This document shows positions 25,179 to 37,790 of a stretch of 64,000 nt of DNA, one piece after another. Under the pieces are notes generated by a model. The model ran no database searches and was not told the DNA's origin. It worked only from the letters and a program-made list of their open reading frames with translations. The stretch is taken from assembly GCF_006345805.1 (NCBI RefSeq), contig NC_043000.1, positions 71,858,001-71,922,000 on the forward strand, read 5' to 3'. A program made the position numbers and the translations under genes. Source of the DNA: Octopus sinensis (Eukaryota). The first letter of the stretch is position 1; each line of letters opens with the position of its first letter.

Positions 25179-26706
25179 CTTAAAATATAAAACGATACCA
25201 GATTAATTAAATCATTTAGAAAGACAATTGCTGCTAGTTATTTGATTGTTGTAACACTGGGCTATAGTGAAACATACAATCTTTACACAATTGGTACAGT
25301 CTATATATAGTCAGATTATTTGTTTTATGGTATTTAGTTAAACGCGTTTATGTTCCTAAACTCAATTTCAGACGATAGAACTTACCATTAGGCTAATCAA
25401 CTCTCTTAGATGTTAATGTCATATTTTCTTAATAGTTGTCAATAGAAATTTATAAAAGAATTATAATTTTTATTAATGGGATATCGATTTATTATTCTAT
25501 TTGCAAAGGGTTGAAGAGGTCTACGGTAGATTGAATCCCTCTATAGTATAAATGGTATTTATTTTGTAGTTATCTGCGGTCCTAAAGTCAATTCAAGTAG
25601 GATTTTACCATAGAATATAGAAGGATAGAACTAAATAAAAGTATTTCATATGGGGATTTACTGTTACTAGCATTATAGTTGCGTGTTGAAGCTTAGTACA
25701 CAATAAGTTCGAATAATTTATTCTTATGTGACATTAACCTTATCCAGTGGATCACCCCTTTCATTAAATTAGTTGTTTATTTAAATATAAATAAACTATA
25801 ATGAAAGTCGAATAAAATTCTCTGAAGGACTATTATGTCCCTCCAGTGCTGAATTTTCTTATACTTATGATTAGCCATTTTTAGCTAATGCGATCATCAG
25901 ATATAGTTAGACATGATTAGTGTTAATGTAAGCTTTTCTCACGTATCAGTTTTTGTAAAGAATATTCTAAGTTTCTTACAACATGAAGAGAGGTAGTTTG
26001 GATTAACTGTAGGACATATGAACAAAGTTAAGTTCGACCAGCTATGTTTCAGTTACTGGTACTTCGGATACTATGGGTTGTAAACGATGCGTGAACCCCT
26101 CCCCCGCCCAAGAAAATACTAATGAACGTATCTGAGGGATAAACAATTTGTCGGTGAAAAAAGCAAGAAATTAGAGCCTTATTTTTGATAATTTTAACTG
26201 GTCATAATTTGCCGCCAAAATTTTGCTTCAAAAACGCAGGTAGATTATAGTACTAATTATAAGTGAAAATTTTCAAGAATCCCATATCAGTAAAAAACAG
26301 TAAAAATAGCTAAATGATTTCGTTTGAAGATTTTAAACTCAAATTAATAACCGGTATCAGTGACACAATGTAACAATGGAAATCAAGAACGCTACAAGAA
26401 ATCAAAATTCTGTTATTCTATACTTGCATATAGGTTTTATATACACTTTTATATCTTTTTACCTTTTCTACAAAACAATAGTGAAATTGTTAATAGACTG
26501 ATAATACAAATTTGTTTTCAGAGTTCCTCATTTTCTCTTCCTCAATTCAAGTAATCTTGTAGAATTCACATTGTTAAACTTATTGCTTCAAAATCTGTGA
26601 ATATATATCAAAATGCAAGTATTTAAAATCTTTACATAAGGCAGTGGATAAGAATCGTCTTATCCGTAATAACTAAAACAAAGGTCATTGTATTTATAGT
26701 GCGTAT

Positions 26707-26977
26707 AGTGGAAGCAGTATGGGGCATGCGCTGTACAACGCGTATGAGGGCGTGCGCTGTACCAACGCGTCGTTGCATCCACCATTTGTTGGTGATTCCC
26801 TAATCCTGGTGGATGACTTCTTTGTACTACTCAGGAAATAACCTTCCAACCCATGAGCCTGTTGCTGGTTAAGATTTTACGAGGTCGGAGTGCAAATCCT
26901 AACTCAGCCTCTTTTGGTTGCCTTTTAGGACATGCAGAGAAAACGCTGGGTCTATTCTTTGGCATGCCGGTCTCCAC
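26707..26977 (-). mobile_element. Short RTE-related non-autonomous retroelement with 11-bp target-site duplication
   Basis: ATAGTGCGTAT occurs at 26696-26706 and 26978-26988. The internal aaaaggcaaccaaaagaggctgagtt resembles an RTE-type UTR motif. Confidence 0.65.
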
Positions 26978-27038
26978 ATAGTGCGTATCAGACAAATAAT
27001 TTCCAATTTAGTTTACCAAAATAAATAATAATTCTTAC

Positions 27039-27461
27039 TTGCTCTTTTATTATCATCTGCTTTTCTTACTGCATCAGATAACTGAAATGTGTTTCCGAAG
27101 GAGGATATTTTATCAAAGTTGATCGACTTTTGAGTACCATTTACCGCCATATCTAAATTCTTAGAATGAGAATCTTTGTTAGTCGAAGAGGGTATCGGTT
27201 TTGTAAATCTTGGCGAATTTTTTGCTTTTGATTCTCCGTTTTGAACTGAATTCACCGATGCATAGCTGATTTGTGCATGACTTGCCGGAGCATAATTATC
27301 AATTGCACTGTCACCTTTATGTGCTAAACGTACTGTTGCAGTCATAAGTAAGGGTGAAGTTATAAGTCGTTGTAACGTAGTAGGAAATATTTCAGTTGTT
27401 GTTGTTGCAGCTGGTGTAGTAGGTATCGGTGTTGTCGTTGGCGGTCGAGTAGTTGTTTCTT
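27039..27461 (-). CDS. VWA-domain gene, internal exon: Thr/Pro/Ser-rich (mucin-like) linker (141 codons)
   Basis: Acceptor tttcattttatttttag|AA and donor GCAA|gtaaga. The exon is 423 bp and phase 1-1. It encodes EETTTRPPTTTPIPTTPAATTTTEIFPTT... Confidence 0.85.
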
Positions 27462-27861
27462 CTAAAAATAAAATGAAACAAGAGTGAAACAAAAATGTAT
27501 TCGATAAAATCTTTTTGTATGACATATCATTTTTGAAACTACAAATCATTGATTATTAGCCCTGAAAGGATAAAAGCTGAGATCAATGCAATCGGCTTAA
27601 ATTCTACACCTAAATCTGATGGACTTGAGTCTGAGATGGCAGAATGGTTTGAGCAGCTGACAAAATAATGCACCATATTTCTTCTAGCTCTATACGCTCT
27701 GGTTTGAAATCCTGTCAAGAACAATTTTGCTTTTCATTCTTCGGGGTCGATAAGATATAGTACCAATAAGTATTGCGGGCGAAAGCATTAAATAACCCAG
27801 TCACCATAAAATTTCTGGCTTTATTCCTAAATCATGGACCATTATTATTATTATTATTATT

Positions 27862-28415
27862 GAGTGAGAGAGCAGTGCATGTCATCAAAGTGACACTGGA
27901 GTAAAATATACGAAGCCCAGTATACCCATCATGACTACCCGTCTGATAAGGGTACACCAGGCACATGCATCACAACCATATATGCGCGACATGGTGATCT
28001 CATATCAAGATAAACAGCACATGACCTTGCAGGTGGAGCCTAGTTAGAATTTTCTTCTGGTCGAGTAACCCATCCCGCTCAAAAGGTCCCTGAATAAGGA
28101 TTGTTTAAGGATGTTGAAGGAACCACCCATGTTTCCAAATGTGAATTATCCAAACCTCCAAGAATTCCTTTCAACACACGGCTATGATGCTCCCCCACTA
28201 CTTCTGCTTGTGATCAGAGATGCACATATCGTCAGCCACTAAGGGACATGGTCAAATGGTTACGGTCAAACAACTGACAAGCAAATGTGTGGTTTTGAGC
28301 AGAATATTTGCTGTAGCCCATCTTTTATACCAAGACAAAACTATATACATGATAATACTTCCCATCAGTTAAGATCAGCAGCCATGTGAGCCACTGCCTG
28401 GTACTGCATCGGGGC

Positions 28416-28418
<3 letters not shown>
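27862..28418 (-). mobile_element. Non-coding interspersed element of about 560 bp embedded in (TAA)n; its 3' end is shared with the R4/Dong-like LINE at 60692-63808
   Basis: (ATT)n flanks both sides. The reverse complement of 27862-27957 matches 63714-63808 closely. Confidence 0.7.
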
Positions 28419-28454
<36 letters not shown>

Positions 28455-28459
<5 letters not shown>

Positions 28460-28660
28460 TTACGCAAGACAGATAAGACCGTTGAAGAAAATTCATAACA
28501 TCGGGCTACAAGAAACCTTAAATAGCCAGAACTTTTCTAAGTATCGCAGCTGTCCAGGAAGAAGGCCCCCTCCACCTCCTCCTCCTTCCGAGTTAGTTCC
28601 TTGCGGTTTCTTTTGGAACGATAAAGTTCCAGCAGCCATCACCAACGTTGCTTAACCTGC
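28455..28660 (-). mobile_element. Possible 3' fragment of another RLE-type LINE ending in the same (TAA)n array
   Basis: Minus strand reads RNRKELTRKEEEVEGAFF* followed by a short UTR running into (TAA)n. The resemblance to RLE-LINE C-termini is weak. Confidence 0.3.
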
Positions 28661-29433
28661 GTAGTTGCGCCTTATCGACAAAGTGTTTGGAACCAATGCT
28701 ATTCAATAGAATATTAAAATAAGCACACTGATTTTATGCATTAATCAAAACAGAAAAAGAATTCCTGGTAGATGAAGTAAAATGTTAATGGACGAAAATA
28801 TAAATTCTGCCACTAATGTCAACACCAATCCCATTGGAAATGTTTATTATAAAATAGAAAAGACATATGTCAACAGCAAACATTTCATTCTGAAATTAAA
28901 TCTTGAAACGTTTTAATTATTTCAGACACACTACAAGGATCAGACATAATAATATGAGAACACTTTGATAAAAAGAAGTAAAACATTGGACATAGTCAAG
29001 TTTTTTTATACAACACACACGCGTGCGTGCGCGCGCACACACACACACACATACAAGCCTTCTCATGCATAAATTTTCTCGAAGTATCTTCAACTTTTCT
29101 CGACCTTTCCCCACGGACTTCTGAAAGAACTAGTTGCTGCTAATGTATACTACTAGCAGCTTCAGAACCATCCTCGTTGATATTAGCTTTTAGCTGTCAG
29201 ATAAAGTTTTTGTATTATTTTGTATCTTCTGTATGTTATTTGTGCTCCACTGAGTTTAGAAATATTAATTTTTTTTTTGTAGCATTCATTTTTTTTCTGA
29301 TCATATGAATTACTTTTGAATATATACATTTATGACGTTATAAACCCGTGTCACCAGATTTTCGAACGACTAAGAAAATCAGCACTGGTTATTAAAAGTA
29401 AAATAATTTAACTTGAAGAAATAAATACATCAC

Positions 29434-29985
29434 CTATACATAAACGGTCCCTGAAAATCTTGGCAATGCCGGTAAGAGCTGCGTAACTGGTGACCTCGTG
29501 AATGTTTCGCTCACTACTTGCTATTGATCGTAATTCATTCATATCGTATCTGCTGCCAACACCGATTGCATGTACCTTTATGCCAAGTTTATGTATCTTT
29601 AAAGCTTCTTCTTTGGTTTTTTCAGAATTGATAGACCGCCCATCTGTAATAACGACAGCTATCAATGTGCGATTGCTGCTGCCAATATAAGGTGCCAGTT
29701 CTTCTTGCAGAAGACGAAGAGCAGCAGCAGTATTAGTTTCTCCAGCCTCGTACTTGATTTGTGATATAGCCTCTTTCACTTCGTCACGTGTTGTGTAGCG
29801 ATCAAATGAAAATTTAAGGCGTGCTATATCATTGAATGTTATCACACCCACTCGTACTTGTGACTCGTTCTCTCCTATCTGAAAAGTATCTACAAGATCT
29901 TTAACAAACTTCAGTTGTTGATTAAAGTCTTCTTGCCAAATGCTTGCAGAGGAATCCATGACGAAAAATATATCCCCAGTGCAAC
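29434..29985 (-). CDS. VWA-domain gene exon: canonical VWA domain with intact MIDAS (matrilin/collagen VI-XII-like VWA)
   Basis: Acceptor tttatgcttttag|GT and donor ATAG|gtgatg. The exon is 552 bp and phase 1-1. Motifs: DIFFVMDSSAS (DxSxS), VRVGVITF, GETNTAAAL, VVITDGRS, GIKVHAIGVG, ELRSIAS. Confidence 0.92.
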
Positions 29986-30689
29986 CTAAAAGCATAAATT
30001 GATAGATATAGATAAGCAAAATATTATGTATTATATTACAGTAATTATATTACACAAAGGTTGAACAATTTAAAACTTATATTGTTGCATTACATCAGAT
30101 TAGGAATAAAGATGAACATTCTAAAACCACAATAACAATGAATAACAATGCAGATGCTAAAAATCTGCTGTAACATTTAATTTCAGATACAATTGTGCAT
30201 TTTTAGCAAAAAAGTAAAAACAAACTAATAAAGGAATAAGGACGAAAGAAAATAGTGTGGTCGGTGCTAACATACTTAATGTTGTGAGGCAAGAAATTTT
30301 AATGAATTAAAAATTTCTTGGTTCGCTGCATTTTGTATGTTGAACCGACATTAACCAAAAATGAATATTTTAATTAGTGGTAAAACATTTAAAGTAATTC
30401 TCATTATTAATCTAATCAGAAATACTCATGTGGTGAAGAAAAAGACTGCATTAGCTCAATAACTAACACTCCAGTGAAGTTTATACTTAGTTAAGGGGTT
30501 CTCTAGCCATGGCTCCCGTACATGACAAAAATGATTAAAATAATATCAATCATTAAGCTTAGTTTTGTCTTTCTCCACTGACGAATATTTTCAATTAGAC
30601 TTTTGACGTTCATTGTAGTAAATATCTTAACATTAATTTAATTGCTGTTTCATGCGGATAGCATCTCAAAGTAATAATCCTTGCTACTA

Positions 30690-30855
30690 AAAATACAAGG
30701 CCTGAAATTTTGGGGGAGGGGACCAGTCGATTAGATCGAACCCTGTACGCAACTGGTACTTAATTTATGGACCTCGAAAGGACGAAAGGGAAAGTCGACC
30801 TCGGCGGAATTTGAAGCATTTCGTCCAGCGTGCTAACGATTCTGCCAGCTCGCCA
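30690..30855 (-). mobile_element. Family A SINE (alternative 3' tail, internal deletion)
   Basis: Same head and core as 1588-1819, with a ctggtcccctcccccaaaatttcaggcc tail. Confidence 0.8.
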
Positions 30856-32294
30856 AATAACAAACAGTATTACAGTTTTAAAAAATGAATAAGCCTTAAA
30901 TCATAAACGCACTCTTCCTGAAAGTATTATACACATATACATATTGGCTTTGATTACTGTTTTTCTCATTTCAAAGTTGTTTTCTCATTTTGTTAACTTA
31001 TAATTATGTATATAACATAGTAGTTCGTATGCCATGAGGTAGGGGTGGAGAAACCCCCTCCCACGGGTGCAATTGTGCTTGCGAGCCCATTTTATTGTGT
31101 CTGCAGGCTGATATACTCATATGTCCAAAATATAGTAAAGTTTTCAATTATAAAATTTATACAATACTCGTATGCCTATTTGCAACAAAGGTCGCGATTC
31201 CACAACGACTTAAAACGGTCAGACTCGAAATGAAATCGTCCGGTAATTGAATTGCCATTTGAATGGAAATTTTGCTTTCATTATAAAACGCATATTGCTA
31301 GGTTTGTACCACCCTCATGAAACTCAAGTACACTCTAGCTGAGAAAACTAAAAATATATTGCATGTATCGAAATAATTTTTATATGAAACGAAAGCTGAA
31401 GGATCGTAGAAAATACTGTGTAAAAATTATTCATATCCACTACTCCGTGACTTTTAGAGGCACCCTGTAACTTTTTGTTTCGAAGCCCCATCTCTTCAAT
31501 CAAAATTCATAATCTACGCACCTTTTATTCACAACTATATTTTACTTTATTCTATCTGAAGTTCAATATTTTACGTTATCCTAAAAAACATCTTTGAAAG
31601 TACAAGTTAAATTTATTTAGGTCAATTACAAATTTCAATAAGTAAAACTTCCAGATATGAATAAAAGAGCACTTTTATAATCCTGGCAACTTTCAAGACA
31701 AACACGATGCACTTTTCGCTTCGCAAAAACATCGATCAGTTCAGAATAAGCAAGCTGAGAGCTAAGTTCGTGTTCAATAGATACCATAGACATTTCACAA
31801 AATCTTGTACACGTTCGTGGTACAATGTAATTATTTTTATTACAAGAACGTTTGTAGGTACAATGTATTACCGTTTTATTTCTTGACATTTTCAGTTAAC
31901 ATAGTTTAATTCTCCGAAATCGATACTCACCCTTTTTCTGTCAATCGATAAGCAAAAGATATTTTAAAAATCTATTGAAAATCAAAAGCAAATTGGTAAA
32001 GCTTAATCGAAACAGAAACTATTAGTTTGGTGCTTTGTGAACAGGATTATAAAAAATATTACTGACTTTTTTTTCTGAAAAAGCAGTGAAAAATAACTTT
32101 TTCCGAAAGGTGTGTCGCATTTTTGCTATCAGTCGGTGTCAAGAAGGTCAACAGGAACTACTTTCATGTCATCGGCTTATCACTTATCGCTCTTCCTTAC
32201 CTACTCACTTATCAACACCTGTATGGACAAGGGAAAGGGAGAAATCAAGTTAAAACTTGCTGAACCAAACAGTATCTTACTTTTTTGCAGATTT

Positions 32295-34420
32295 AAAAAA
32301 AAAAATGTACTACACTGAACGCATGCATATCGACAACGAGTCAGTTGGCTTTTGTTTTCTTGAAAGTGAATCAGTAACTCAAGCTACTTATGCGGTGTGC
32401 GAAAATATTGCTAAAAAACTCAAACTTCATAGTGATGGTGAATTCGTGAAAGAGTGTGTCCTTAATGCTGTTGAGAATATATACCCAGAAAAAACTTAGT
32501 TTGTCTGAAAATAGCTTATCATGAAGAACTCTTTTTGATCGTATTAAATATATTGCTGATGACAAGAAATTCTCCAAAATTTGATTCAGCAAAATTCGTA
32601 TTGTATTGATTAGCTATTGATGAGACTATAATGGAATGGGAGTTTTATGATACCTGTGGATTATCGCCTTCTGTTATAATTATTTTTTGTAGTTTCAAGG
32701 AGCTGGAACGGATCACCAATTTGTAATGTCTGTGCGAAGTGAGGTGATGAGAACGGCTTCTTAGTACATCACACGGTCGATACAATAAATGTAAATAGAA
32801 TAATGCATATATGTGCCAGGGAGGAAAAAAAGACACAACCGAGTAGAATGTTTAAGGGAAGATCCATTGATATGTTAACATGTGTGATTGTGTGTGCGTC
32901 ATATATACAGAATAATAGACAGGTCGTCATAAGAACAAGAAGTATGCGTGTGTGTGTAAGCTTAGACGTATGCGTGTTAAGAACATATTAGGGTGGCGAT
33001 GAAGAAGAGACAGTGAAAGAGTCTATAGCCATCGAAGTGAGGAGTAAGTTCATAGACACAAAAATGATAAATACCAGTTTGTAGTCAATTGTACACGATA
33101 GTTGAAATACTGTATCAAGAAGTTGCAGCGATTATGCAGAGCCGGTGCGGTACATGTCTACGTGAAGCTGTGGCTATGATGCTGCTGCTTGGGCCACTTG
33201 GTACAGGAGTTCTCGCAGGTTGTATATTCGTTGTTGATCCAAGGTGAATTAATTCACGAACAGTGGAGTGTTGGAACCTGGGCGAGTTGCTAGTTGAGTG
33301 TGTACGTGGAGATGTTGACGTTAGGAAGATGGTGGCGACGGAGATGGAGGTCGCCGAATGCTGTTGGATGAAGTTGGTGAGTCTCAATGTGGCTGTTGTC
33401 GTGTTGTCGCTGGAACTGGCGGTGTTTTGTGTGGTCAGTGGCTAGACCTTAAAAGGTCTGAAACCGAAAGACATCGAGACGAGGAGAAGCTGGGTTTTTA
33501 TAAGGAGTTGTAGGCTCAAAACTGAGTTGAGAACAGGCTGTCACACGTGACCGTATTGAGGAGATTTGATTGGCTATAAGCTGCGAGTTGGCGCGATAGA
33601 ATAAGAGACAAATTGCGCCAATACCAACCAATCAGAGTAGTGGACACAACGGGGTCCAAAATGTGCCCAAAAGCTAGCTGTTATCTATTACATTTGTATG
33701 TATGTATATATAATAGAGAGGAGAGGAATTTCACTGGCGTGTACGCTACAAGACAACTGATCTGTCTAATGCTGCTCAGATTGCAATATTTATATGTGGA
33801 ATAACTGCAAAACTCAACATTCGGGAACAATTACTTGCCTTGAAATTAATGCATGGAACAACCAGAAGTGAAGATTTATTTCAAATGGTCGACTTTGATT
33901 TACCGTATGAAAAGAATGAGTGGTCTTGCTACATATGGCGCTCTATCTATGGTAGGTCGTGTAAAAGGGTTCGTAGCTATGATTAACTAAGGCCGTTAAT
34001 TTGATAAAGAGCAAAGGGTTTGATTGTAGGGAATTTAAAGAATTTTTGAAAGATCTTGATGCCTAATATGGGGATTTATTGTACCATTGTGAAGTTAGGT
34101 GGTTAAGTAAGGCCCAAATGCTTAAGCGGTTTTATAAACTGAAGGAAGAAGTGAAAATTTTAATGGATATTAAATGTGTTCCTATTGTAAAACTGGAAGA
34201 TAAAAAGTTTCAAAGGGATTTAACATTTTTAGTAGATATAACTAGTTATTTAAATAATTTGAACTTGAAACTTCGAGGCACCAATCAACTAATAACCAGT
34301 TTGCTTTCTCATATCAAAAGCTTTGAATCGATGCTTCACTTATTTGTCACTTACTGACGAAATCCTGAGTAATGAACTAAGAATAGCAGTTTCTCCAAAG
34401 GCATACGATATTCCTAAACT
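32295..34420 (+). mobile_element. GTF2IRD2-like (SPIN/Buster-type) hAT transposase remnant, split by an insertion at about 32634-33766
   Basis: DGEFVKECVLNAVENIYPEK and LAIDET lie before the insert. After it come AQIAIFI, MHGTTRSEDLF, YHCEVRWLSKAQMLKRF and LVDITSYLNNLNLKLRG. Confidence 0.8.
32722..33692 (-). mobile_element. Solo-LTR-like segment
   Basis: Termini TGTAAT...ATTACA form a 6-bp inverted repeat. The minus strand has CCAAT-type boxes and a TATAAAA (plus-strand 33495-33501) upstream of a GC-richer R/U5-like stretch. No TSD found at these termini. Confidence 0.35.
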
Positions 34421-34553
34421 TCAAAAAATCAAAAAAAAAAAATGTTTCATCCTTCTTACTAAAGAAAACCAAATTTTTACGTTAAGGTTAATTAGCTTTT
34501 ATCACTATGATAAATTTGTTTAAACATATCATTTACATTATAATGTTATTTAG

Positions 34554-34648
<95 letters not shown>

Positions 34649-34861
34649 CTACCTATATCTATATATCTATATCTATACCTATATCTATATCTATAGGTCT
34701 CTTATTATATACATACATATGCATACATGCGTACATATATATAAATACACATACACTTATACATACATACGTGCATACATTCATACACACATATATTCAT
34801 ACATACACAGACACGCATACACACATACACACATACACACACACACACACATATATATAGA

Positions 34862-34980
34862 AGGCGAGTGACCTAGTGGTTAGAGTTTTCGGCTCACGAT
34901 CGTAAAGTCGTAAGTTCGATTCTCGGCGGCGAGTTGTGTCTTTAAGTAAGATACGTTACCCAAGTCCACTCAGCTGGGAA
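34862..34980 (+). mobile_element. tRNA-derived SINE head (third family)
   Basis: gacctagtggttagag (A-box) and aagttcgattctc (B-box), followed by gtgtctttaagtaagatac. Confidence 0.6.
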
Positions 34981-34982
34981 AT

Positions 34983-35073
<91 letters not shown>

Positions 35074-35262
35074 ATACATACACACATACATATACATATA
35101 TACGTATGCATGTTTGTATTTATGTATGTATACACACATAAATACAAACAAGTGAATCTAACGGTTTTTGTGTGTTTCTTAAATGGCTTATAAACACCTT
35201 CCACGCTGCAATTGTTTTCGTTCCAGCACACAATCTCAGATCAGAACAAGTACATCTCTTTA

Positions 35263-35323
<61 letters not shown>

Positions 35324-35669
35324 TGTATGTGCATATATGCATGTATATATGTATTTCTTCTGCGTATGTTCTCAACTTAGGATACATTGTATATATTCGT
35401 CTTGGATTATTTTTCTGGCAATTGGTATTGTATAATATTTGAGAAACAACATTGCAGTAACTTCTCGTCAATTTGGCGCCGCTGCTTTGGGGCATTGAAG
35501 GAACCCTGAAGCAGTCCAGCAGGGAACGCCTCAGTATGTATGTATGTATGTATGTATGTATGTATGTATGTATGTATGTATGTATGTATGTATGTATGCA
35601 TGTATATTTATAAGCCTCCACCCCCATAACTGCCTAACAACTAATGTAGGTTTGTTTGCTTACCCTTAA

Positions 35670-35902
35670 CTCTTTTACTCTTTTACTTGTTTCAGTAATT
35701 TGACTGTGGCCATGCTGGAGCACCGCCTTTAGTCGAGCAAATCGACCCCAAGACATATTGTTTGTAAGCCTAGTACTTATTCTATCGGTCTGTTTTGCCG
35801 AACCGCTAAGTTACGGGGACGTGAACACACCAGCATCGGTTGTCAAGTGATGTTGGGGGAACAAACACAGACACACAAACATATTCACAAACGTACATGT
35901 AT

Positions 35903-35982
<80 letters not shown>

Positions 35983-36147
35983 TACGACGGGCTTCTTTCA
36001 GTTTCGGTCTACCAAATCCACTCACAAGGCTTTGGTCGGCCCGAGGCTGTAGTAGAAGACACTTGCCCAAGGTGCCAAGCAGTGGGACTGAACCCGGAAC
36101 CATGTGGTTGGTAAGCAAGCTACTTACCACACAGTCACTCCTACGCC
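35670..36147 (-). mobile_element. Family B SINE, full length
   Basis: Same architecture as 21150-21580, with an internal (AT)n. Confidence 0.88.
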
Positions 36148-36148
36148 T

Positions 36149-36387
36149 ATGTATGACGGTGATAATTATGACAGCTATAGTGGTTGAGGAGAAGGGCGAA
36201 GAGGTGGTTATGGCATGCAAACTGAGCGTTATGGACCAGGCAGCACTGGAATTCTTGATCGCTATGGTGCTCCTCCAATACCACCTTATGAAGATCCTAA
36301 CTCGCGTATGATGGGGCAACACCCAAGTGGTGGTGGTGGTCTTCAACAAGGAGCAGTACTTATGGCTTATGACCTTAATATGGATAA
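36149..36387 (+). pseudogene. HNRNPL: Processed fragment of an hnRNP L-like mRNA (Gly/Tyr/Pro-rich linker and start of RRM3)
   Basis: One frame reads MYDGDNYDSYSG*GEGRRGGYGMQTERYGPGSTGILDRYGAPPIPPYEDPNSRMMGQHPSGGGGLQQGAVLMAYDLNMDK. GAVLMAYDLNMDK resembles the hnRNP L/smooth RRM3 start (xVLMVYGLxxxKMN). There is an in-frame TGA at 36185 and no splice signals. Confidence 0.6.
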
Positions 36388-36540
36388 AATTACCCCTAAG
36401 ATAACGGTTCAGCAAAAATATCGATAGAGTAATTAACATACTTAAAATAAGCACTGGGGTCGATTTGTTCGATTAATCCGTCCAAGGAGGTGCCTAAGGA
36501 GGGTTACAGTTCATTGATGAAAAGAAATAAAAGGTAAAGG
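36388..36540 (+). mobile_element. Diverged 3' half of a family B SINE fused to the hnRNP L fragment
   Basis: cggttcagcaaaaa...ataagcactggggtcgatttgttcgattaa...ggaggtgcc matches the family B 3' region. Confidence 0.65.
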
Positions 36541-37001
36541 ATAAAGCTGTATATCTATATACATATGTGTGCGTTATATAGTGTACATATGTTTGTGTGT
36601 ATGCATGCGTATGTTCATGAGCACATGATTACAACGATGAGTGTATATGTACCTTAAAGACCAGTTATAAAGGAAGCGGGTTAAAGACTGCTTTTGATAA
36701 ATAGTTATTACACTTAAACAGCTATTACACCTTTTTGTTCAAGAGGCTGAACTTTGAAATCTTTCCACAGAATGAGGCAAAAGGGCACACTAGAAAAGAA
36801 AATTAAAATGTATTTCTTATAAAACTCTATGTGCAAAAATTCTAACCAAATTAGCAGACAAGCAATAATACTCACGATACAGGAAAGCGTTGTCCGCTGC
36901 AACCTGTGAAGAAAAATAGAAGAGAGTATTAGGACATTTTTTTTAAAGATTGATGTACACACACGCACACACGCACAGACAGACAGACAGACAGATAGAC
37001 A

Positions 37002-37033
<32 letters not shown>

Positions 37034-37409
37034 TACACATGCATACACGCACTTTCATACATACTACATACATACATACACACGAATACCCTGTTGATGT
37101 TGATGAAATTCCAATGAAGGAGTCTTGGATCAAGATTGGCTCTTCCTCTATTGGCGAAAAGTTTCGAAATACAATTGAATAACATACTTACATACATACA
37201 TACATACACACACACATACATACATACATACATACATACATACACACACACATACATACATACACATACATACATACATACATACATACATACATACATA
37301 CATACATACACACACACATACATACATACATATACATACATACATACATACATACATACATACATACATACATACATACATACATCTCCTCCTCCTCCTC
37401 ATCATCATC

Positions 37410-37590
37410 CTTATAGCACTGGATTGGTAGAATCATTAAAGCGTCTCAGAAAATGCCTTGCGCTATTTCTTCCGACTCCTTTAATCGTATGCTCGATTTC
37501 TATCGAAGTCAAATTGCCTTTCGTTTTCTTCAGTATCAATCGAATAAAGTAGTACTGGGCTCGATTTAATCGCTTGTACCCCAGGAATGC
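37410..37590 (+). mobile_element. Old diverged family A SINE
   Basis: tggtagaatcattaaagcg...gaagtcaaattgcctttcg...gtactgggctcgatttaatcg. Confidence 0.5.
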
Positions 37591-37736
37591 TTTCCTTGCG
37601 CCTAAATTAGAAACTGTTAATATTATTCGAGCTCCACTTTGCCTGTCTTTCTTCTTGAATCCATAAAGTAAAGTACAACGGTATCAACTAGCTTACCTCC
37701 CGTAATACCACTCACTTTGTGTCTACACTACAAACA

Positions 37737-37790
<54 letters not shown>

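Noticed and set aside
30095-30175. Hydrophobic minus-strand peptide RFLASALLFIVIVVLECSS just upstream of the VWA exon, a possible signal peptide
   Set aside because: No in-frame ATG and no phase-1 GT donor before the stop codon.
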